Source of the DNA: Candidatus Aenigmatarchaeota archaeon
GTDB lineage: Archaea; Aenigmatarchaeota; Aenigmatarchaeia; CG10238-14; SpSt-28
Assembly: GCA_038733315.1 (NCBI GenBank)
Contig: JAVYPJ010000002.1
Span: 160,001 to 224,000 of the forward strand
Direction: 5' to 3'
Length of the DNA stretch: 64,000 bases
Of the stretch, positions 57,587-64,000 are shown piece after piece. A program made the position numbers and the translations under genes. The notes under the pieces were generated by a model, which worked only from the letters and a program-made list of their open reading frames with translations, was not told the origin of the DNA and made no database searches. The first letter of the stretch is position 1, and every line of letters starts with the position of its first letter.

Positions 57587-58513
57587 TTAAGATAGTCCCC
57601 TAAGAACTTCCCTTATTTTTTCTTTGGCCTGTTGTTTGTCTTGAATGGTATCTATCTCAGTTATAGAAAGAGTAGAAGTAACAGCTTTCAAACCTTCATA
57701 CTCCTCTCGCAAGTTTTTTAATTTGTTTTTTATTTCCTCTAAAGGTAAGGCGTCTACCTTCTTTAATAATTCCTCAAACTTTTGTCTAGCCTCTTTAGCT
57801 TTCTGAGCAAGGATTTTTAACTCAATGCTATATTTTTCTGCCTTAATAAATCCATATCCTCTAAAGAAAGCGCCAGCTAAAAACATTGCTACAAAAATCG
57901 CTACAGAAAATGCTCCTAATATGCTGAACCAACTAGCAACTAAAAGAATAAAAATTCCCATCGGTAATGTCATGAAAGTTATAATAAAGGCTATTAAAGC
58001 TTCTATTGGTCTACCAACTCCTTCAAATATTTTAAGTTGTTTTAAAAAAGCCCATGTGATTACGTATATTGCAGCGAATGGTAGTATGAAAAAATATAGC
58101 AAAGCTGGCATATAGCAAGATATACTTTCGCTTATATTCAAACTGCTTAAAACTTTACAAACTGGTTGCGGCAATTGATAAATCTTAAATCCTTTAAATT
58201 CCTCCCTTCTAAACAATTCCTCTGGATTATCTGGAAATATTTTTACGTATCCAAACCTCTGTAAAATCGGTAGTAAAAATATAGTTATAATTAAAACTGA
58301 GTATAGCAAGATGGGCAACCATCCAAATCCGCCTCTAAATTTCAAAACACCGCCCAAATAAAGAAGAATTAAAACTATAGATAATATTACAACTACAACT
58401 ATAATACCTTCCATTATAGACTCTATACCTTGACTATAAACTGGAAAAATGAAAAAAACTGTAAATAACAAAAAAAGCGTAAAAATATTCAAACTGATTT
58501 TTTTATTGCTCAT
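57587..58513 (-). CDS. Multi-pass membrane protein with C-terminal coiled coil
   Basis: Several TMs, FFILPFAAIY motif reminiscent of 53093/53627 proteins. Confidence 0.6.
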   Translation of the reverse strand: MSNKKISLNIFTLFLLFTVFFIFPVYSQGIESIMEGIIVVVVILSIVLILLYLGGVLKFRGGFGWLPILLYSVLIITIFLLPILQRFGYVKIFPDNPEELFRREEFKGFKIYQLPQPVCKVLSSLNISESISCYMPALLYFFILPFAAIYVITWAFLKQLKIFEGVGRPIEALIAFIITFMTLPMGIFILLVASWFSILGAFSVAIFVAMFLAGAFFRGYGFIKAEKYSIELKILAQKAKEARQKFEELLKKVDALPLEEIKNKLKNLREEYEGLKAVTSTLSITEIDTIQDKQQAKEKIREVLRGLS

Positions 58514-58561
58514 AATTTTTTATATGTAATCTTCTTATATAAATATCTTTGCTACCAAATT

Positions 58562-59194
58562 TCATTTGTTTATAGATACGAACCCTGCATCTACTAAAAT
58601 ATTTGCTATTTCCCTACTTAATTCAACCACGCTATCTTTTTCGTATGGCCCATACCAATTTCCATCAGGCCCAATAAACTTTGGAATTTCAACTAGAACT
58701 CTCACCTTAACAACATTATCGTTAGCTGATTTAAAATTTTCTTCCTGATTAACTTCTTTTTGAACATTTGAAGTTTCTCTATTTTCTATATTAATATTTT
58801 CATTAACATTCTTAACATCTTTTTTAATTTCATCACTCTCAAATAACTTTTTTTTCATTTCCTTAACCAAATCTATTATCTTAAAAAATATTTCCTCTTC
58901 GTTTTCAGTCATATTTGGCGGTAAACTACCGCTTTTCAAAAAAACAAACACGCCATCAATAATTTTTTTAATCCTTAAAGATAAAATATCATCTACCATC
59001 TTTTTAGCGCTCTTTAGTTCGTGCTTAACTTTTTCATCTTGTGTAGATTTATAAATTTCTTCCTTAGAGTTTAGATAATAATTAACCTTCTTAAAAAAAT
59101 CCTTAGGAAGTAAAGAGAGTTTATTTTCACTTTTTTCCGCAATATAAGCCTCTCTTATATAATCAAAAGTTATTATTTCTTCTATGTCCTCCAT
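58562..59194 (-). CDS. DNA replication complex GINS protein (Gins51/15-type)
   Basis: EK....LS.LP.DFF..V..Y, R..KI, NMT.NE; C-terminal B domain EIPKFIGPDG..YGP...A.IL. Confidence 0.85.
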   Translation of the reverse strand: MEDIEEIITFDYIREAYIAEKSENKLSLLPKDFFKKVNYYLNSKEEIYKSTQDEKVKHELKSAKKMVDDILSLRIKKIIDGVFVFLKSGSLPPNMTENEEEIFFKIIDLVKEMKKKLFESDEIKKDVKNVNENINIENRETSNVQKEVNQEENFKSANDNVVKVRVLVEIPKFIGPDGNWYGPYEKDSVVELSREIANILVDAGFVSINK

Positions 59195-59242
59195 AAAATA
59201 ACTTCTAAAAAATATTTTATGTATTTCTATACTGCTTTATCT

Positions 59243-59410
59243 CTAATACTCATCTATAATTTCTACTTTCTCTAATTTCGCCTTTCCCCCAGTGGGTCTA
59301 GCAATAATTTGATTACAATTCAAACATTTTACAATAGTACTTGCCTTCTCAAAAATTATTTGTTCGCTTCTGCACTTTAAACAAACTACTTTTAAAAACT
59401 TCCCTGCCAT
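59243..59410 (-). CDS. rps27e: 30S ribosomal protein S27e
   Basis: Not in ORF track; MAGKFLKVVCLKCRSEQIIFEKASTIVKCLNCNQIIARPTGGKA... (55 aa). Confidence 0.95.
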   Translation of the reverse strand: MAGKFLKVVCLKCRSEQIIFEKASTIVKCLNCNQIIARPTGGKAKLEKVEIIDEY

Positions 59411-59411
59411 A

Positions 59412-59693
59412 TTAACTTTTTATATCTATCTTTTTAGCTCTAAACCCTTTTCCGTGCGAATGTTTCTTCCCACACTCTTTACACTTAAACTTTAAATCAA
59501 CCTTCTTAACACTCTTTTCTCTGCCTTTTGGATTTTCCTTAGGAAAACTTCCATATCCTTTCATTTTTCTCATAAATCTTCTTTGACCGTGAGATAATGT
59601 TCTTCTCTGCCTTTTTTTAGAAATTTCAACAGTATGCAAAGTATGTTTTTTGCAGTACTTGCAATATACTTTAACTTCCTTTGGAATCTTCAT
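59412..59693 (-). CDS. rpl44e: 50S ribosomal protein L44e
   Basis: MKIPK....YCKYCKKHT.H, GQRR, KGYG, CKECGK. Confidence 0.95.
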   Translation of the reverse strand: MKIPKEVKVYCKYCKKHTLHTVEISKKRQRRTLSHGQRRFMRKMKGYGSFPKENPKGREKSVKKVDLKFKCKECGKKHSHGKGFRAKKIDIKS

Positions 59694-59731
59694 TAAAATA
59701 ATAATTTCATAGATAAATTTATAAATTTATA

Positions 59732-60037
59732 ATGCCTAGAGACGAATTTAACTTAGTTAGACATGAACTAATAGGCTTAAAAGTTAAAATAATAGATAGT
59801 AAAAACAAAAAACTCAAAGGAATTAGCGGAAACGTTGTTTACGAAACCTATAATACTATTATAATTGAGAATTTGAAAAAGAAAAGAAAAACAATTCCAA
59901 AAAAAGGAACTATTTTTGTTTTTGAGTTAGAAAATGGTAAAAAAGTAAAAATCTTAGGCAATATATTAGTTGGTAGACCAGAAGATAGAATCAAAAAGAA
60001 GTTTCCTAAATGGAAATTATCGGAAATAAATAGTTAG
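59732..60037 (+). CDS. rnp1: Ribonuclease P protein component 1 (Rpp29/POP4)
   Basis: HELIGL.V.I, G.V..ET.N, IPK, G..L.GRPEDR. Confidence 0.92.
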   Translation: MPRDEFNLVRHELIGLKVKIIDSKNKKLKGISGNVVYETYNTIIIENLKKKRKTIPKKGTIFVFELENGKKVKILGNILVGRPEDRIKKKFPKWKLSEINS

Positions 60038-60062
60038 AAAATAACAAACCTTAAATAATTTT

Positions 60063-63000
60063 ATGTTAGTCGTATACGAAAACTCTTGCCCGAATTGTGG
60101 AGGAAGAATAAGCTATGAAAGATTAATAAATAAACTACCTTGCGAATCTTGCATGAAAAATATTCCAGAAGAAATCAAAAAATTAAAACCTAATACCAAA
60201 AAATTTTATAAAAAAATTCTAAGAGAACTAAAATCTAACTATACTTTAAAGAATTACATTAATTATGTTAAAATAATTCTTCAAACAGACGATTTCTTAA
60301 AATTTTTTAAAAAAGCGATAAATTCAAATGCATGGAGTGCACAAAGAATGTGGGCAACTAGAATTTTCAAAAATTTATCCTTTGCAATAATGGCTCCAAC
60401 TGGAAGCGGCAAAACAACATTTTTAATAGTTTTATCTCTATACATGGCCTATAAACATAAAAAAAAGATATACTTCATATTACCAACAAGTTTATTAGCA
60501 TCTCAAGTTTATGATAAATTTAAGAGATTAGCAGAATCCTTAAATTTAGATTTAAAAATAGTTACTTTCAATTCTATTCTAAAAAAGAAGGAAAGAGAAG
60601 AAGCTATAGAAAAAATAAAAAACAAAGAATTTCAAATTTTAATAACTACAAATATGTTTCTATCTAAGAAATTTGAAATGGTAAAGGACTTTAACTTCGA
60701 TATTATAATAGTTGATGATGTCGATTCTTTTCTAAGAGCTTCAAAAAACATAAACAAAGTTCTAAATCTTTTAGGTTTTGGAGATGAAGTGATAGAAAAG
60801 GCATTAGAAAATGTTGAATTAAGAAGAAGCTTAATGTTTGCTAACGAAGAAGAGAGGAAAGAAAAAGAGAAAAAAATTGAAGAAAACAAAAATTTTATTA
60901 AAAAATTTTCTTATAAAAATAAGGTACTAGTTGTTAGCGGAGCCTCTGCAAGAGCAAGAACAAAAAGAGTAATGTTATTCAATGAATTGCTTGGTTTTCA
61001 AATCGGAACAAAAATAGAGGGAATAAGAAATGTTGAAGATGTATATGAACAAGTTAAAGAAAACTTAGAGGAAAAAATTTTCGAATATGTTAAAAAAATT
61101 GGTAAAGGAGGATTAATTTTTGTTCCTGCAGATAAAGGAATTGAATATGCTAAAAAATTAGAAGAATTTCTTGTTTCTAAAGGAATTAAAGCAAAAACTC
61201 TCGAGAAAACAAAATTATCTATAATTAAAGATTTTATAGCTGGAAATTTAGATGTTTTAATAGGAATTGCTTCTTATAAAAGTCCATTAGCTAGAGGTAT
61301 TGATTTACCAGACGTTATAAGATATGCAATATTTGCTGGCCCACCAAAATTCAAAATAAAAATAGACATCTCTGAATTTAAACCTTCTAGAATTTTAGCA
61401 CTATTGCTCCATATAAGAGAATATTTAGAAAAAAAAGAAGAAAAGGATAAGCTAGATGTGCTATCAAATAAACTCAGAAAGATTTCTGGATTAACAGAAG
61501 AGAATTTAAAAACAATAATAAATGCTATAAAAGAGAATAAGCAGCTTGAGGGTTTTCTAGAGCATTGTAGAGAAATACTTAAGGATAGTTATGAATTTAT
61601 TAAAAGTTTATTAAGCAATGAAAAATTCGTTAAAAAATTGAGAGAGAGTAAAAAGTTGTCGTTTGGAGAAAGCGAAGATAAATTTTATTTTATTATCGCA
61701 GACGTTCAAGCATATATTCAAGCAAGCGGAAGAACAAGTAGATTATATGCTGGCGGAATTTCTAAGGGTTTAAGCTTAGTTTTAGTAGATGATGAAAAAG
61801 CTTTTAATAGCTTAAAGGAAAAAATTAAATGGTTTGATGAAAAAGCTAACTTTAAAAACCTTAACGAAATCGATTTAGAAGAAATTATTAAAGAGATTGA
61901 TAAAGATAGAGAGACTATCAAAGCTTTAAAAGAAGGTAAAATAGAACCTAAAAAACTAAAAGACTTATTAAAAATTGGTTTATTGATAGTCGAAAGTCCA
62001 ACAAAGGCTAAAACAATATCTAAATTTTTCGGAACGCCTGCCATTAGAGAAATAGATGGAGTAAGAATTTACGAAGTTTCTAGCGGAGATTATATACTAC
62101 TAATAACTTCAAGTATAGGGCATGTATTTGATTTAGTTATAAAAGATGGCTTTCACGGAGTTTTAATAAAAGATGGTAACTTCATACCAGTATACGGAAC
62201 TATAAAAACTTGTCAAAAATGCAAATCCCAATATACAGATAATATAACGTTTTGTCCCATAGATAACGAAAAACTTTTTAATAAAATTAAAATCTTAAAC
62301 GTTTTAAGAGATTTAAGCCAAGAAGTAGATGAGATATTAATAGCAACAGACCCAGATGCCGAAGGAGAAAAAATTGGTTTTGACATAGCAAACTTTTTAA
62401 GTCCCTTTGTAAAAAAAATAAAAAGATTAGAATTTCATGAAATAACATACAAAGCTATTAGAAATGCTTTGAACAATCCAAGAGAAATAAACTTAAATTT
62501 GGTTAAGTCTCAAATAGTTAGAAGAATAGAAGATAGATGGTTTGGTTTTGAATTAAGTCAAAAAGTTCAAAAAGAATTCAAGAAAAAAACTTTATCTGCA
62601 GGCAGAGTACAAACACCAGTACTAGGCTGGATAGTAAAAAGAACTGAAGAGAGTAAAAATAGTTTAAAGGATTATTTAAGAGTTTATTTCGATAATCTTA
62701 AAGTTGTTTTTGAATTCGAAAAGTTGGCAAAAAAAGAAAAAGAAAAATTCTTCGAAGAAATTATAAAAAACAGATATGTTCTTGTTGAAAAAATAGAACA
62801 AAGAGAAGAAACATTAAATCCATTACCACCTTATACAACAGATAGCTTATTAAAAGATGCTTCGAACATTTTAAAATTTAGTACAGAAAAAACTATGAGA
62901 ATCGCTCAAGAATTATTTGAAAGTGGTTTAATAACTTATCATAGAACAGATTCCACAACAGTATCAACTGCTGGAATAAACATTGCTAAGGAATATATAA

Positions 63001-63716
63001 TTCAAGAATTTGGAGAAGAATTGTTTTTTCCAAGACCATGGACAAAAGAGGGTGCACACGAATGTATTAGACCTACAAAAGCAATAGATGCAGAAAGACT
63101 ACTAGAATTACTAAGATTAAAAATATTACAAATACCTATAATATTAACAAAAGATCATTTAGCGCTTTACGATTTAATATTTAAAAGATTTATTGCAAGC
63201 CAAATGAAATCTGCAAAAGTTGAAAAAACTAAATTTAAATTTAAGCTCTTGAATTTGGAAAGGGAAGAAGAATTCATAACAAAAATCTTAGATAAGGGTT
63301 TTACAAAAATCACTAAAATAAAAGAAACAAAAATTTCAGAAGGTAAATATGAAATCGTTAGATTTGATGCAGAAAAAGACTATTTCAGAAAACCTTCTAT
63401 TCCATTATTTTCTCAAGGAGATGTAATATCATTAATGAAGGAAAAGGGAATTGGCAGGCCATCTACTTATGCCTCAATAATTGCTAAGATTTTAGAAAGA
63501 AGATATGTTATTAGCGTTAAAAATAAATTAATCGCAACAAAAAGAGGAAAACAAGTTTTTGAATATCTAAAATCTAAATTTGAAAAGTATATTAGCGAAG
63601 AATTAACTAGAGATTTAGAAAGAAAAATGGATTTAATTGAGGAAAATAAAGTAGATTACATAGAAGTTCTAAAGGAGATTTACAGAGAAACTATGGAAAT
63701 AAAACAAATAAAATAA
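60063..63716 (+). CDS. rgy: Reverse gyrase (unsplit, no intein)
   Basis: N-terminal CPNCGG, APTGSGKT, DDVD, YIQASGRTSR, IVESPTKA, TDPD.EGE, ITYHRTDS, GIGRPSTY. Confidence 0.97.
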   Translation: MLVVYENSCPNCGGRISYERLINKLPCESCMKNIPEEIKKLKPNTKKFYKKILRELKSNYTLKNYINYVKIILQTDDFLKFFKKAINSNAWSAQRMWATRIFKNLSFAIMAPTGSGKTTFLIVLSLYMAYKHKKKIYFILPTSLLASQVYDKFKRLAESLNLDLKIVTFNSILKKKEREEAIEKIKNKEFQILITTNMFLSKKFEMVKDFNFDIIIVDDVDSFLRASKNINKVLNLLGFGDEVIEKALENVELRRSLMFANEEERKEKEKKIEENKNFIKKFSYKNKVLVVSGASARARTKRVMLFNELLGFQIGTKIEGIRNVEDVYEQVKENLEEKIFEYVKKIGKGGLIFVPADKGIEYAKKLEEFLVSKGIKAKTLEKTKLSIIKDFIAGNLDVLIGIASYKSPLARGIDLPDVIRYAIFAGPPKFKIKIDISEFKPSRILALLLHIREYLEKKEEKDKLDVLSNKLRKISGLTEENLKTIINAIKENKQLEGFLEHCREILKDSYEFIKSLLSNEKFVKKLRESKKLSFGESEDKFYFIIADVQAYIQASGRTSRLYAGGISKGLSLVLVDDEKAFNSLKEKIKWFDEKANFKNLNEIDLEEIIKEIDKDRETIKALKEGKIEPKKLKDLLKIGLLIVESPTKAKTISKFFGTPAIREIDGVRIYEVSSGDYILLITSSIGHVFDLVIKDGFHGVLIKDGNFIPVYGTIKTCQKCKSQYTDNITFCPIDNEKLFNKIKILNVLRDLSQEVDEILIATDPDAEGEKIGFDIANFLSPFVKKIKRLEFHEITYKAIRNALNNPREINLNLVKSQIVRRIEDRWFGFELSQKVQKEFKKKTLSAGRVQTPVLGWIVKRTEESKNSLKDYLRVYFDNLKVVFEFEKLAKKEKEKFFEEIIKNRYVLVEKIEQREETLNPLPPYTTDSLLKDASNILKFSTEKTMRIAQELFESGLITYHRTDSTTVSTAGINIAKEYIIQEFGEELFFPRPWTKEGAHECIRPTKAIDAERLLELLRLKILQIPIILTKDHLALYDLIFKRFIASQMKSAKVEKTKFKFKLLNLEREEEFITKILDKGFTKITKIKETKISEGKYEIVRFDAEKDYFRKPSIPLFSQGDVISLMKEKGIGRPSTYASIIAKILERRYVISVKNKLIATKRGKQVFEYLKSKFEKYISEELTRDLERKMDLIEENKVDYIEVLKEIYRETMEIKQIK

Positions 63717-63720
63717 AAAA

Positions 63721-64000
63721 TTATTTTTTTATTTTTCTCTCTATTTCATATACTATTTTTTTCGTTTTAACAACAACATCTGGATTCACACTTATCGAAT
63801 CTATTCCAGCTTTAACTAAAAATTCAGTAAATTCTGAATATACACTTGGTGCCTGTCCACAAATACTAACAGTTACTTTGTTTTTATGTGCTTCTTTTAT
63901 TAAATATTCAATTGCTCTTAAAACAGCTTCGTTTCTTTCATCAAAATATCCTAATTTTGCTAATAGTGCAGAATCTCTATCAACCCCTAAAATCAATTGA
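63721..64000 (-). CDS. ppsA: Phosphoenolpyruvate synthase, C-terminal part (5' end outside window)
   Basis: [35 protein letters not shown]. Confidence 0.9.
   Translation of the reverse strand, partial: QLILGVDRDSALLAKLGYFDERNEAVLRAIEYLIKEAHKNKVTVSICGQAPSVYSEFTEFLVKAGIDSISVNPDVVVKTKKIVYEIERKIKK

Noticed and set aside
3404..62044. Numerous short opposite-strand or out-of-frame ORFs (e.g. 3404-3853, 4000-4395, 33783-34154, 40084-40446, 54827-55234, 61718-62044)
   Set aside because: Fully overlap well-supported genes, have Ser/Phe/Ile-rich antisense composition and no motifs
36969..63716. Inteins inflating the 1427-aa RNAP ORF or reverse gyrase
   Set aside because: Lengths are explained by B'+A' and a normal reverse gyrase; no intein or LAGLIDADG motifs seen

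Overview
AT-rich, densely packed archaeal chromosome segment, most likely from a thermophilic DPANN-type archaeon. This is inferred from a divergent stand-alone 16S rRNA, broken ribosomal-protein operons, very short intergenic gaps, reverse gyrase and many DUF2341/pilin-like surface genes. Housekeeping blocks occupy 1-8.9 kb and 30-64 kb: MCM, TBP, RNase HII, RNA polymerase, r-proteins, SecY, AspRS, TrpRS, GINS, histone, reverse gyrase, three tRNAs and 16S rRNA. A ~21-kb accessory block lies between the 3' ends of tRNA-Arg and tRNA-Leu. It holds (i) a KaiC-like ATPase / MglA-like GTPase / roadblock / V4R signalling cluster, (ii) three tandem AAA+ ATPase-DUF4143 paralogues with near-identical 227-bp 3' ends and gene-specific doubled operator-like repeats, plus a frameshifted Zn-ribbon/HTH/nuclease gene, and (iii) a pilin-like operon ending in a fibre-like protein and a 1377-aa protein with nested DUF2341 domains. 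The most unusual signals are an in-frame RpoB'-RpoA' fusion, loss of the anti-Shine-Dalgarno tail of 16S rRNA, the homogenised ATPase-nuclease array, the nested adhesin, and pilins lacking the -1 Gly. All calls come from motif recognition by eye; no database searches were run.
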